Source: Chiloscyllium plagiosum
Lineage: Eukaryota
Direction: 5' to 3'
Length of the DNA: 64,000 nt
Assembly: GCF_004010195.1 (NCBI RefSeq)
Contig: NC_057720.1
Coordinates: 24,055,236 to 24,119,235, forward strand
The translations under genes were made by a program, and so were the position numbers. Positions 35,900 to 49,296 of the stretch are shown here, piece after piece; within the stretch, counting starts at the first letter, position 1, and every line of letters begins with the position of its first letter. The notes beneath the pieces were generated by a model that made no database searches, was not told the DNA's origin, and worked only from the letters and a program-made list of their open reading frames with translations.

Positions 35900-37847
35900 A
35901 AGGATAAGGGCAGTAGATGCATTGCAAAAACACTGCCTGCAAGTTCCTCCTGAAAGTACCCCTCGAAGCCTCTCGCCATCCTGATTTAGAACCTCACTGT
36001 TGCTGGGTGTCTATTCCAGAACTCTCCCAACCTTTAACAGCATTATGGAAGTACCCACACCAAGTAGACTCAATTGGTTCAAGAAGGAGGCCCACCATCA
36101 CTCTCTCCTGGAAAAGAATGTATTGGCAAGAAATGCTGACCTTGGCAGTGACGCCTGCATACCACACAAAAATAATAATTAAAAAGAGGGATAGTGAACA
36201 CAGTTACAGAATGTAATGTGTGATTTAGTTAAAAATGTCACAGTACTAATCAAAGTATCAAGCAGCATTCTCGCTGCTGTGGGTGGATTTGAACAGTGAT
36301 GAGCACATACGTGGGAGGTAACAACATATTCCAGAACCTTCATAAGCACTGGAAGTTGGAGATGGGTGCAAGTTCCTGAGGACAGAAGATTGTTGAAGGT
36401 AGGGGAACAGTGCCTGAGGAAAGGCTACTATTAGGAGGGATTGATAACAGGCAAGAAAATTTTTTTTTGATGGATTGTTAAATATAAATGAGGTTAGAGA
36501 ATGAGATGATTGGAATTGTGACTGAGTTGAATCTGCAAAAGGCAGCATGGTCTTAGTGGAGAGAGTGCTAGGAAAGTAAAGAAAAAATAAATTGTGGTGT
36601 ATTGGCAAAATTTCTAGATGATCTATTGGAGACAAGCAGCTGCTAAATCAAAGCATTGTTCAAATTTAAATGTTACCTAAAAAGATTCAGGATACAAGTC
36701 GAAGTTTTTTTGTCTTGCCATGAGAATGTCAAATCAGAAAATAATATTCACTTAATGCTTGTGCAGGCTACTGTGAAATTGTTGCTTTATTCTGAAGCAA
36801 TTTTGCTTTGTGCTCTTCGAGAACTTGCTCAAGGCTATTTGAATTCTGTTTTTTTTCTGAAAGTAACTATTTCATAGTTGAATGGATATCCGCATGATAA
36901 GCCGTAACTAAAGAAAAACTTGTAAAGCCAAACAGTTCCTATGTATGATGTGACTGATGTAAGTAAAACATTTTTATGTTTTGCAGAACATTTACACAGG
37001 TTTGTGCACAGTGATTACTAATTCATCTGTGGAAAGGGATTGCCTGTGAAAACAACATTTTGGGATTGGACATGGAAAAAAAATACAGCAACAAGCAGGA
37101 ATTGTAACTCTTTGTTTGACATGGCTTGATATCTGATGAAGTTTCCATGTGAGGGCCTGTGCTGTTACATTGTTATATAAATGACTGGCAAAAATGTTAT
37201 ATTCACTCCAAATCCTGTTTTGAGCTAGATAACATAATTGTTTTCTATACTACACATCTCTAAAATCATTGAACAAAGACAAATACCCCAGGGATATAGC
37301 AAAATTCTGAAGTAGTTTGATGGGAGAAATCTGATGCTGTGCCTTAGCAAATGATAAGTTTTCATTCACCCCAGTTATACAGCTTGTTTTCTTTTAAATT
37401 GCCCTTTCTGCTACATCAATGTGTTGCAGTTCTTAGCTATGTCATTGCAAGCAAGCACCAATAATTCCTTTTTAATTATCCTGTTATGAAACACCTTCAA
37501 GCCAGGTGGGACTTGGACCTGGACCTTAAGATCTAGAGATAGGGACACTACCACTTCTCCACGAGACCCTCAACCATGAAGGCATGTGCTTTTCTACAAG
37601 GAGAGAAGAGATAAATTGAAGGCTGTTTCAATGCCGTATGGCAAATAACTGAAGCAGGCCATCGACCTAGCCTTTGGTCAGTGTAAGCATATGTGTGATA
37701 TTGTTGGGTTATTTGTCTTAAAAACTTTTTTCTTAGCTTTGGACATAACTAGCAAAGTTGTCTGCTGTTATTCTGAGAAAGTAATGGCAAAACTTCTTTT
37801 TAAGTAAGTTTGTGCAACAGATTTTTGGTTTGTTAATCCACTTATTT

Positions 37848-38105
37848 TTTGATTTGATTTATTGTTGTCGTATGTACCTAGGTACAGTGAAAAGTTTTGA
37901 TTTGTGTACAATGCAGGTAGATCATACCATATAAAGTGCGTAGGAGTAATAGAACAGAGTGAGGAATACTGGCTACAGAAAAGGTGCACAGAGAGTGAGA
38001 TCAACATTAAACTTAAAATTTTAGTTTATTCAGAAGTCCATTCAGAAGTCTAACAACAGCAGGGAAGAAGCTGTTCTTGAATCTGTTGGTTTGTGTATTT
38101 AAGCT
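37848..38105 (-). mobile_element. Rex1/Babar-like LINE 3' end
   Basis: Minus-strand TNRFKNSFFPAVVRLLNGL; tail as at 15215-15465. Confidence 0.75.
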
Positions 38106-39826
38106 TTTAAATTTTAAGCTTGAGAATTGAATACATAATAGGCTGGAAGATTGCTTTAACCTATAATTTATTAGTGAAACAATTGTGTAGTTATGACGGT
38201 GCAGTTGCTTTTCCTGATGGTGAACAGTCATTTGGAAAGATCAAAATCTTTGGGTTACTGATCTCATACTGCCATGCCAATGAGTGATTTATTACATTAT
38301 TTCATGGAAGTAAATCATAGCTGCAAGGTTTTTGTTTATAAATATGCTAAAGCAGTTTAAGATATGCCCATCCATTTCAAAATAGCACTGACACTGGTTG
38401 TTCATGTCTTATATTTGTCTTATAGGTCAACCCCCAGCCGCTGTAAGAATTTTTCAAGAGTGACTTATACTCCTTCATTGGGTGTAAAGTGTGTAAGATA
38501 GCCAATGTCTTGAAAAGATCATTTTTAATGCTCTTTAATCATACTTAATTCTTGTAAACTGCATCAAAGAACTTATCTGGCCACCCAATATTTTTCCAAG
38601 AAATGGTAGCTGTAACAGTTTCTAACATTGCTGCAGTGTTTTATGTTTTTTTTTCTGCAAACTAAACTTTAATCTAATCAAGAGACTACTTTATCCCAGT
38701 ATTGTATACTTGGTGTTCTTTTACTCTATAATCAACTGTCTAAAATGTCAACGTTACGTGAAAAGAGATCAGATCTGATATATAGCAGCATTAGGCTTAT
38801 TGGTTCAAACAAGAACCTTATTTGACACAAAACATTAAACCTGCTTCTGTCTTCACAGATACTGACAGACCTGATGAATATTTCCTGCAATTATAAATTT
38901 GATTTCAGATTTCCAGCATCTGCCAAACTCCCTGTACAGCTTAAAACAAGCAATTCATAGCTCTATTATCTGTCACCCTAGATTTGCATTTAACTAACTC
39001 TAATTTAATATGATTTCAAGCTTTGCTCTGGTGTTCCTGATTTCCAAAATGTCAAATTTGACAACTTCTAGTTATTTGAAACTTGAGTACTGCCAGGAAC
39101 TCTGATTGGTGAACTATGAGAATAATTCTGCCAATCTGTGATATAATAAGTATTGAGTGCTTGGTTATGAAGGGTTAGTCTGTCTTCTCAAAGTAACTTT
39201 TAAATTTTAAAAGTGTGCCATGTTGATGATTTTTTAAAACCAACGCGATTCTTTATATTTTATCACTCTGATTCCTGCTAATACAGTCTATTCACCCAAT
39301 TACTATAAAGGTTACTTGTACAACAAATATAACCTAAAATTTCACTTAATCAGCATACTTACATAGTTAGGATTGTTGGGAAATTTGTGCATAAAATAAT
39401 CGGAGCTCTGAGGCATTTGAATTAACAGTTTCAAAATAAAGGGATTGACCATATCAAGGTTCCTTAAAATATTATGTGTGTATCTTTTTAACGTTTTTGC
39501 ATTGGAAGCAGCAGGTAAATAAATGTTGCAGAAACCTGATTATATCATGACCCTTGAAAGGACAGATCTTGATCAATAATATTAGTTGCAGTTGCTTCAT
39601 AGTCATGATTTATGTTCTAAGATTTTCCAGCCTAAACACTTCCACTGAAGTAATCTCTGCAGCAATAACCATGCATTTCACTTGAAATTTTTTCGCTCAT
39701 TCTTTAGCTGACTGTTGCACTTGTTTCCCTGCAAGTCCAACCTTATCTGAGTCTCCCCCCGTCCAAACTTTCCTTTCTTTTTTCCAGTGTATTTCTATTT
39801 TTAACTTCCATTTATATCAACCCATA

Positions 39827-40164
39827 GGGGTGGCACAGTAGCTCAGTGGTTAGCACTGCTGCCTCACAACGCCAGGGACCGGGGTTTGATTCCACCCACA
39901 GGTGACTGTCCGTACGGAGTTTGTACATAGTCCCAGTGTCTGCGTGAGTTTCCTGCAGGTGCTCCGATTTCTTCCCACAGTCCAACGATGTGCAGGGTTA
40001 GGTGAATTGGCCATGCTAAATTGCCCATTGTGTTCAGGGATGTGTAGGTTAGGTGCATTAGTCAAGAGTAAATGTAGAGTCATAGGGTAGAGAAATGGAT
40101 TTGGGTGGGTTAATCTGCGAAGGGTCGAAGTGAACTTGTTGGGCTGTAGGGATTCTATGATTCC
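39827..40164 (+). mobile_element. HE1-like V-SINE
   Basis: A/B boxes, V core, GATTCTATGATTC tail. Confidence 0.88.
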
Positions 40165-40339
40165 ATTCAATGCCCACCAGGAATTGTTTTCAAATTATAT
40201 ATGACATTGTCTACAAAGCATTTACCTCTGGTATTCAAGAGGCCAAATGTACATTTTTAGTCAGAGTTTTATTTCTACTCGTAGTCCAACAATGCTGCTT
40301 ACTTGCTGCTTACGTCCAGTCACATGCTCATCCAATGAT

Positions 40340-41190
40340 CGTAGAGTCATACTTCGTGGAAACACCCTTTGGTCCACATTGACCACGTTCCCAAACCAAA
40401 CTAGTTCCACTTACCTGCCCATATCCCTTCAAACCTTTCCAATTAATATACTTATCTAGATGTCTTTTAAATGTTGTAACTGTAGCTGCAACTACCACTT
40501 CCTAAAGCAGTTCATTCCTCATACGAACCACTGTTTATGGAAAAATAAATTGCCTCTCATGTCCTTTTTAAATCTTTCTCCTCTCACCTGAAAAATATAC
40601 TCCCTGATTTTGACCTCCCCTACCCTAGGGGAAAGACCCTTGCTATTCACCTTATCTATGCCCCTCATGATTTTATAAACCTGTACAAGGTCACCCTTCA
40701 ACCTCCTATGCTCCAGTGAAAAAGGACCTAGCCTATCCAAACTAACTTTAGAACTCAAACTTTCCATTCCTGGTAATAAGTTGGAAATCTTTTTGAACCC
40801 TCTTCAACTTAATAATATCCTTCCTGTAACAAGGAGACCAGAACTGGACACAGTACTTCAGAAGAAGTCTCACCAACGTCATGTACAACCTCAACATGAC
40901 ACCCCAACTCCTATACTCAGAATCTGAGCAATGAAGGCAAGCATACTAAATGCCTCCTTAACCACCTGTCTGCATGTGAAACAAATTTCTAAGAATCATG
41001 TACCTTAACCCCTAGCTCTCTCTGTTCTACAACATTACCAAGGGCCCTACCATTAATTGTATAAGTCATGCCCTCGTTTCTTTTACCAAAATGTAATACC
41101 TCACATTTATCCAAATTAAACTCCATTTACCACTTCTCAGGCAACTAACCAAATTGATCATGATCATTTTGTAATCTTACATAACCTTAT
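40340..41190 (-). mobile_element. CR1 LINE 3' fragment
   Basis: ORF 40519-40767 LDRLGPFSLEHRRLKGDLVQVYKIMRGIDKV. Confidence 0.85.
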
Positions 41191-42069
41191 TTAATAGCTC
41201 CTTTAATAGTATGCAATCATCATTTCTCTATTTTATTTGGTCTTGAGCATCCCTGTACAAACTATACTAGACAATTCAAACACTTTGCACCAGCATTGTC
41301 AAGCTGCCAATGTCTCAATTGCATGCAACATATGGGGTCCTTTTGTGACACAGTGATAGCATCCCTCCCTCTGGACTGGCAGACACAGGTCTGAGTCACT
41401 TCTGCTCTAGACGTGTGTATTAATTTCTCTGAACAAAAGACCATAAGGCAGAGGAGGAGTAATTAAGCCATTCAGCCCATCAAGTCTGCTGGCAAACTTT
41501 TGGGAAACAAAACAGAATATTTACAAATGGCAACAGAATACAACTAACATTTTTGTTTAAAATCAAGGTACCAGGATTTGTGTTATGAATTAAACATGTT
41601 AAGGTAGCAGTGAGTTGGAGGAAATGGATTAGAAGACTGAAAATAACTCCTTCATTCGTGTAGTGTGAAAGAATTATAAATACACCACTATTCAACTTTT
41701 AACAATCTGCCAATTGCCTGTCCTCTATGCCAATGAAGATTTTGTTCAACTTTCTGAATCTAATGTAATTTCAAAAGCACTGCTGGGATGTCTTAATAAA
41801 ATGTGATGGAAAAATTGAATAAAGTCTAATCAGATGGAGAACACACTCTCTTTATATTCTTACGCTGATATTGAACAGAATAAATGAGGAACTCTTTCTA
41901 ATTTATATCTTAGTAATTGCTTTATTCCAAACTAATGCATTTCTTGTCTAATTTCAGTCAGACTTTCTGAAGAAGTCATCTTCTCGGAGGAATATTGTCA
42001 CAAAGTGAAATGATGTTTAATGTTTTGGGGAAACAAAAACAGTTCCAAGGATATAACAGCAGGACAAAG

Positions 42070-42383
42070 ATTAGATTAGATTACATTACAGTGTGGAAAC
42101 AGGCCCTTCGGCCCAACAAGTCCACACCGACCCGCCGAAGCGCAACCCACCCATACCCCTACATTTACCCCTTACCTAACACTAAGGGCAATTTAGCATG
42201 GCCAATTCACCTGACCTGCACATCTTTGGACTGTGGGAGGAAACCGGAGCACCCGGAGGAAACCCACGCAGACACGGGGAGAACGTGCAAACTCCACACA
42301 ATCAGTCGCCTGAGGCGGGAATTGAACCCGGGTCTCAGGCGCTGTGAGGCAGCAGTGCTAACCACTGTGCCACCGTGCCGCCC
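42070..42383 (-). mobile_element. Full-length young HE1-like V-SINE
   Basis: CpGs retained; A box and B box GGTTCAATTCC on the minus strand; (TAATC)n tail; possible TSD ACAAAG at 42064-42069 and 42384-42389. Confidence 0.92.
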
Positions 42384-43799
42384 ACAAAGTATCCTTGTAA
42401 TTTTGTCAGCAGCAAAACTATAACATCAACTGTGAATAGATACCTAGAAAGATTATTCACCAGGGATTCTGAAACAAGTACCTCAGATCTTCTATTGTTG
42501 AGACAGTTCTTTAGGTGAAACTAGGGCAATTTAGCAACTGCTTTTAAGTGCAGTGTCCTTTGGAAACAGTAATATAAACATTTCCATAATCATTATCACT
42601 CAAGGCTTAACAAATTAGCTATTCATTGTATATTAATATGGAAACTAAATTTAGTATTGGCCAGTTAATTGTGATACTGTTTTGGATTTTTCTTCCTCCT
42701 GTCCTTGGTTTTTATTGGTGAACTCGAAAATCAGATCCATTGTGAATGGAATTAACTTGCTTCAGGATTAATAATGTACGCCTTGAACCAAAAGTAATGC
42801 TTTGTTGATTTCTTAGAATGCATTTTTTTCCACATTTACATCAGGGCATAGTTTAAACTCTACAATTTCATTTTTCAGGGAAGTAAATTTACAAAGAAGC
42901 AGATTGACAGAGGCACGGTCTGTAACCCAGTGCAGATGTTTTAAGCAATTTGCAAAATCATAATAATGAATATTTAAAGCATTGATTGCCAGTTTTACTG
43001 AATGGAACATGTTTTAGGGTGATTAAAATTACTGCAATGCGATAACATGCCTACACTAACTTTATACTGTTTATGATTTCAATTGACATCTTTCAGGCAG
43101 TGTGTCATGCTCTAGCCTGAGATAATGGAATGGGATGCAACAATCGGGGCCTTGAACATGTTTTTCAGAACTTAAAAGCATTTTAAAGCACTTTCAGTGA
43201 GGTTACCAGAAACTACAGGTACTAAAGCTGTAGGGGTCAGGAGAAAAACACTTGAGGCCATCTTCAGCTATTATTGAGGCCAGAGGTAGAATTTTTAAAG
43301 GAACTTTGTTGAATACAAATAGGAAAGAAGGAGCTTAATTTGGTGTGTATCATTCAAATGAAATTGAAAGAAATTTTGGATATTTCCTGGAAATAGTAAA
43401 TGACATCATAAATTTTAGATGTAGCAATCATTGTAATGTAACTTATAGAAGGTGGCTGTTTTTGCCAATATGCTGCTGTTGGCTCTTGAAAGTGTTGTCA
43501 CATTTAATTCTTCATGCGTGCTTTTTGTTCATAACCCTTCATGTTCCTCATCTGCCAGTTCTTTTCCGAGACCCATTTTAAAATGATGGGTTATCTGTAA
43601 TGCTAAACTGCTGCGTGAGCATGCGCAGTCCATTGAGTGCGACAGGCTACAGAAAGAGTCTATATTAGCATGTACTGCACTAACATCATCAGGCTGAGAA
43701 TGAGAGGACTGGGAGGTGGATGCTAGGGGTGACGTAGAGGAGCAACTCCTCCCTCAAGGTGTCTGTGGAAGTAGGTCTTCTTGGCCAATGCTTCTGCAC

Positions 43800-44130
43800 A
43801 GTAAGAACAAATTACTGCAGATGCTGGAATCAGTCCTGATGCTGGAGATCACAGTAGGTGAGACAGCATCCATGGAGAGAGAGGAAGCTAACGTTTTGAG
43901 TCTAATGACTCTTCATCAGAGCTGAAGTAAAATATGGACAGAAAGGCATTTATGCTATAGTTTTGGGGGGGAGGTGGGAAGAGGACGTGGGAGGGTGGTT
44001 GGGGGTAGTGGGTGTAGGATGTCAGTGAATAAATGATGTTGATAGTTCAGATTAAGTGATCAGAATGAGATAATGAAAGAGCGATGGTGTGTCTCCTTGA
44101 AGGGACAGGAAGTGGTATTGGAGTAGGGGA
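43800..44130 (-). mobile_element. PLE family B terminal repeat with hammerhead motif at 43886-43923
   Basis: Minus strand AGCU-CUGAUGA-A-GAGUC-auua-GACUC-AAAA-CGUU-AGCU: 4-bp stem I, 5-bp stem II, G12>A at a CpG. Confidence 0.75.
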
Positions 44131-44463
44131 GCACAGTACTTGCCAAGTTACTGCCAAGCCCCCTCCTGCTGCCATACTTCCTCGGGAGGCTCCCTTTCCC
44201 AAGCCTGAAAGTTAGAGGTGCTCCCATGCCAGTTTCCCCTCTTCCCCCACTCCCACTTCAACCCAGGTTCTCAATCTGATCAAGGCACTGAAGTGTCTGA
44301 TAAAGTGACCGCTGGCACATGCACATTTCTGGCTGGTGAGATCAGCTGGCTGTGATGCTCTGCTCCTGATGGTGGTGTAGCCCATATTATGCAGTCTCAG
44401 TAGTATTGATTTTCACTGGCCTGTTTTTTATTATCTGGCTCATCCCTCTCCCCATTCTTGAAA

Positions 44464-44860
44464 AGAACATAGAATATTACAGCGCAGTACAGCCCTTTAG
44501 CCCTTAATGTTGCACCTGTGAAACCAATCTGAAGCCCATCTATTGCATTATCTTCTAAGGCCTTACTATTCTGAGTAAAGAATTTACCTCTGACATCTGT
44601 CCTATATCTATCACCCCTCAATTTAAAGCTATGTCCCCTCATGTTCGCCATCACCATCCAAGGAAAAAAGCTCTCACTGTCTACTTTATCTAATCTTCTG
44701 ATCATCTTGCACGTCTCTATTAAGTAATCTCTCAACTTTCTCTCTAATGATAACAGCCTCAAGTCCCTCAGCCTTTCCTCATAAGACCCTCCCTCCATAT
44801 CAGGCAGCATCCTGGTAAATCTCCTTGCACCTTTCCAATGCTTCCACCACCTTCCTATCG
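44464..44860 (-). mobile_element. CR1 3' fragment (same subfamily as 24420-25961)
   Basis: ORF 44397-44810 SYEERLRDLRLLSLE...RGHSFKLRGDRYRTDVRG. Confidence 0.88.
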
Positions 44861-45352
44861 TAATGCTGCATTCTTGGGAAACCAGTAGCTTTCCTGGTTT
44901 GAAATAGGTGATTGGAGTATCTAAAAATCAAATCTCATTTGGTATCCTTGAGTAATATTGCATTCTTCAATCTTGGATATTGATTCCAATAATGAGATGT
45001 GGCTGATAACCAATTGCTGGAGCCATCCATTGCATTTCTAATGAAAGTGTTGCATAGAGCAATTCAGTTAAATAGATTTGAAGTAACTTCACTGATTCCC
45101 AAGCTGCCTGTAACTTTTGTAGTTTGCATCCGTCCATGGTCCAGCTCTGCAACCATATTTCATTAATGAGGGGTATCTGTTTCAAATGGCTGCACTCCAG
45201 TCTCATACCCTTCAATATAGGACTTCACTATTTCAACATGATTGATCCTCCAGTCTTTTGTACTCAAAGAGGCTGTAGTGATCAATGTTTCTGCTAATTC
45301 TCCCCTATGTTCCTTTCAGCACTATCATAGAGCTATTTTGCACCTGAGAAAA

Positions 45353-45670
45353 GGCAGCATGGTTGCACAGTGGTTAGCAGTGCTGCCTCACAGTGCCAGG
45401 GACTGGGTTCGATTTCAACCCTGGATGACTGTGTGGAGTTGCACGTTCTCCGCATGGCTGGGTGGGTTTCCTCTGAGTGCTCTGGTTTCCTCCCACAGCC
45501 CAAAGATCTGCAAGTTAGGTGGATTGGCCGTGCTTTAAAAATCCACCCAAGTGTCTACAAATGTGCAGGCTGGGTAGATTAGGCATGAGAAATGTGGGGA
45601 TTGGATGGGAAGTGATACAGGCTCGATGGATCTAATGGCCTCTTTTCACACTGTCGGGATTCTGATTCTA
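45353..45670 (+). mobile_element. Older HE1-like SINE
   Basis: GCACAGTGGTTAG A box, GGTTCGATT B box, TGTGTGGAGTTGCAC core. Confidence 0.8.
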
Positions 45671-47089
45671 AAGAGACCCTTCAGCCCATCATGTCCATGT
45701 CAGTCATTCAACGTCTATCTACATTACTCAATTTCCAGCACATGGCCTGTAGCCTTGTATACTATGGCATTTCAAGTACTCATCAGAATAGTTCTGAAAT
45801 GTCTTGCACATTCCCACCTCTACTACCCTTTCAGGGAGTAGTAGTAGTATTGTCACTGAGCAAGTAAACCAAAGACCGCAGGCTAATGTTCTGAGGATGC
45901 AGGTTCGAAACCCATTACAGTTGACAGTGCAATTGGAATTCAATAAGAATCTAGAATGGCAGTCCTGTAAACATTGTCAATTGTTATAATTATGCATCTA
46001 GTTCATTGGTGCCCTTTAGGGAATTGAAGGATGCATTGCATTTGAACCATGTAATTTTCAATAGTATTTATAGCACGTTACCTCTCTGTCTTTTATTGTA
46101 TTCATAATGTTAAGTTTTAAACATCCTGACCTAACTATTTAACTTTGTTACAAAAATTAGCAATCTTGTTACATTACAAGAATGTTTGGAACTCCTTGAG
46201 CTACCTGTTCAGTTTTGATGCAGAATATTAAATTACCAGCACCCTCAGTTTCATCACAAGAGCAACCTGTTTTTCCTTTTAATTTAGCTTTTTTAATATA
46301 GAGTTACAGGATTTGACCTCATTAATAACTTCTATCAATGGATGTTCCTGCTACCTGAGATGCAGTTAGAAACTTTACTCTGTACTGTAAGTTACATCAA
46401 GTAATTCTGAAGTTACTGGCTAGTGATTTTCACAATATTCTACACAAGGCTTAGATATTTGAGTAAATCTAGCATCGGAACCATCTTCCAGTGGAACCTT
46501 AAACATCTTTAGCCTTTTGTCTATAACAATATCACTGACTGGTAATTCAATGCAATAGAGCCATCAACTCTACAAGGGCTGTAAAAGGACATTGGGTGTA
46601 CGTAGCTGTTTACGAAACAATAATTAGGTTACCTTCAGTAGTAAGAAACCAAAATATTTATCAGAATGCTCGGTCAACCTTTGCCAGAAGTTGATCTTGT
46701 ACACTGTAAAGTATGGATATTCGCTCAATCCAGTTTCACTTATACAATACCAAGTTGTTAATTCTCTGTTGAGGCAATTTAGTTCCTACAGAGGGAATCC
46801 AATTTATGAACATTGAAAATTAACAACCATTAACTTACTTTCCATCACAAGAATTAGCATTGTTTAGTTGCTCATTTTAGAGTCAAATTATAAATAAAAG
46901 CAAAATGCTGCAGAAGGCGAAGTTGTCAAATACAAAGAAGTGTTGGAAAAACTCTGAAAATCTATGTCACATCATTAAATACTTTTTTCTGTTCAGGAAG
47001 TTTTGTTTAACTGAAAAAGAAAATGTTATTGTATTAGAAGTCCAGAAAAGTTTCACTGAAGTCATTCTTGGGATGTAGGGCTTACCTTT

Positions 47090-47810
47090 TGAAACATAGA
47101 GACAGAGAATATAGGAGCATTCGGCTTTAGAGCCTGTTCAGCCACTCAGTGTAATCATGGGTGATCATCCAACTCTGTATCCTGTTCCTGCTTTTACCCT
47201 ATATCCTTTCATCCCTTCAGTCCTCAGAACCAGATCTTTCTTGGAAGTTTTGAATGTTTTGACCTCAGTTTCCTGTGACAGAGGCTCACCACTTTCTGGG
47301 TGAAGAAATTCCTCCCTATTCCAATCAAAGAACAACACAGCACAGGAACAGGCCCTTTGGCCCACCAAGACTGTGCTGAGACATGATGCCTTTCGAAACT
47401 AAAAACCATCGGCGTCTCTGCAGTCCAAATCCCTCTATTTCCTGCCTATTCATGTATCTGTTAAGATGCTTCTGAAACATTTCTATTGTATCTATCTCCA
47501 CTACCTCTTCTGGCAGTGCATTCAGGCACTTACCACCCTCTGGGTAAAAAAAATCCAGACCTCTTTAAACTTACCTCCTTTCGTCTAAAACTTATGTCCC
47601 CTAATAATTGAGAGTTTATCCTGGGAAAAAGACTCAGACTATCTATTCTGTCCATGTCTGTCATAATTTTGTAAGTTTCTATCAGGTCGCCTCTCATCCT
47701 TCAACATTCAAATGAAAATCAACCAAGTTTGTCCAATCTCCTCTCATGGCATTTACTCTCCAACCCAGGCGATATCCTGCTAAACCATTTCTGTACCCTC
47801 TCCAAAGCTT
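47090..47810 (-). mobile_element. Two abutting old CR1 3' fragments
   Basis: Minus-strand RNFFTQKVV and LRGDLIETYKI; two separate 3' tails (~47095 and ~47328). Confidence 0.7.
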
Positions 47811-47961
47811 CTGTGAATTGAAAGGATCATCCACTGCCATTTCCACTACCTCTAGCAGGATGCCATCAACAGACACATCTTCTCCTCCCCTCCACTGTCA
47901 ACATTCCCCAGAGACTGTTCCCACAGGGAGGTCCCCTTGTCAAAGTTGGCATCATCAAAGT

Positions 47962-48237
47962 GGGCGGCACGGTGGCACAGTGGTTAGCACTGCTGCCTCA
48001 CAGCACCAGAGACCCGGGTTCAATTCCCGCCTCAGGCGACTGACTGTGTGGAGTTTGCACGTTCTCCCCGTGTCTGCGTGGGTTTTCTCCGGGTGCGCCG
48101 GTTTCCTTCCACAGTCCAAAGGTGTGCAGGTCAGGTGAATTGGCCATGCTAAATTGCCAGTAGTGTTAGGTAAGGGGTAAATGTAGGGGTATGGGTGGGT
48201 TGCGCTTCGGCGGGGCGGTGTGGACTTGTTGGGCCGA
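47962..48237 (+). mobile_element. Young HE1-like SINE lacking the extreme tail
   Basis: Near-identical to the reverse complement of 42070-42383. Confidence 0.9.
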
Positions 48238-49296
48238 ATTGGAAGCAAAGATGATAAACTTCCATTTCTAGATGAGAGAGGGAAGCAGCATCAATGATAT
48301 TATCGATATACTGGAGGAAGAGTTGTGGGTGGACACTGCAATAGGACTGGAACAAGGAATTTTCCATGTACTCCACGACGACACAGGCATAACTGGACCC
48401 CATGTGTGTATTCATGGCCACACCTTTGACCAGCAGAAAGAGAGAAGGTAAAAGAGAAGCTGTTTATGGTCAAGACAAGCTCAGCCAGGCAGAGGAGAAT
48501 GGTGGTGGTTGGGGACGGTTTAGGCCATTTTATTTCATGAAAAAGCAGAAAAACCTGAGACCATCCTGATGGGAGAATGGACATATAAAGGGATTGCACA
48601 TCACTGGTAAAGAGGAGGCGGTTGGAGCCCGCAAACTGGAAGTTGGGATGTTGCCAGGTATGGAAAGTTTGAGTTATAAAGAAAGGCTGGGACTTTTTTC
48701 ACTGGAGTGTAGGAGATTGAGAAGTGACCTGATAGAAGTTTTTAAAATAGTGAGAGGTATAAATAAGTTAATGGTAATTGTCTTTTCCCTAGGATGGTGG
48801 ATTTCAAGACTAGGGGACACATATTTAAGGTGAGAGGAGAAAGATTTAAATAAGACACGGGAGACAAATTCTTTACACAGAGTGTGGTTTACATGTGGAA
48901 TGAACTTCCTGAGGAAGTGGTGGATTTGCATACAATTACAATGTTAAAAGATATGTAGTTGTTTTATGAATAGGAACAGTTTGGAGGGATTTGGGCCAGG
49001 AGCAGGCAGGCGAGACTAGTTTAGTTTAGGATTGTGTACAAAATGGATTAGTTGGACCAAAGGATCTGTTTCTGTGCTATATGACTCAATGACATAAAGC
49101 TTCAAAGGAATTGTGGAATTAAGTGGAAAGGGATTGGACAAGGGAAAAAAAATTGAATTGAAGCAGGAAGAGATGAGTTCTGAGGGGCGGAAGCAGGCAG
49201 AAACAATGGATGTGCCTGGGCAGTCCTTTTTGTGGATTTTGGGAAGGAGGTTGAACTGAGCCATGCAGGGTTGGGAGGTAGTGGGGGGCAGATCAC
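48238..49296 (-). mobile_element. Penelope-like reverse transcriptase remnant split by a CR1 fragment
   Basis: Minus-strand FNLLPKIHKKDCPG..IVSAC (49096-49296), QSLYMSI...LAELVLTINSFSF and AMNTHMGSSYAC...FLQYIDN (48238-48640), i.e. decayed PLE RT motifs LPKIHK, GVAMG and RYIDD. Confidence 0.85.
48645..49095 (+). mobile_element. CR1 3' fragment inserted in the Penelope RT
   Basis: MLPGMESLSYKERLGLFSLECRRLRSDLIEVFKI; tail CTATATGACTCAATGAC. Confidence 0.85.

Larger units (their letters stand above)
35140..36185 (+). mobile_element. Old CR1/L2-type LINE 3' end, host of nested insertions
   Basis: Reverse-complement similarity to 21213-21800; interrupted at AAGGATAA. Confidence 0.6.

Noticed and set aside
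42310..42383. tRNA gene-like sequence (also at 8306, 25369, 39827, 47962)
   Set aside because: These are the tRNA-derived heads of SINEs, continuous with SINE body and tail.
43611..43630. NRF1-like motif GCATGCGCA as an alternative promoter
   Set aside because: Partial isolated motif with no CpG island or convincing exon nearby.
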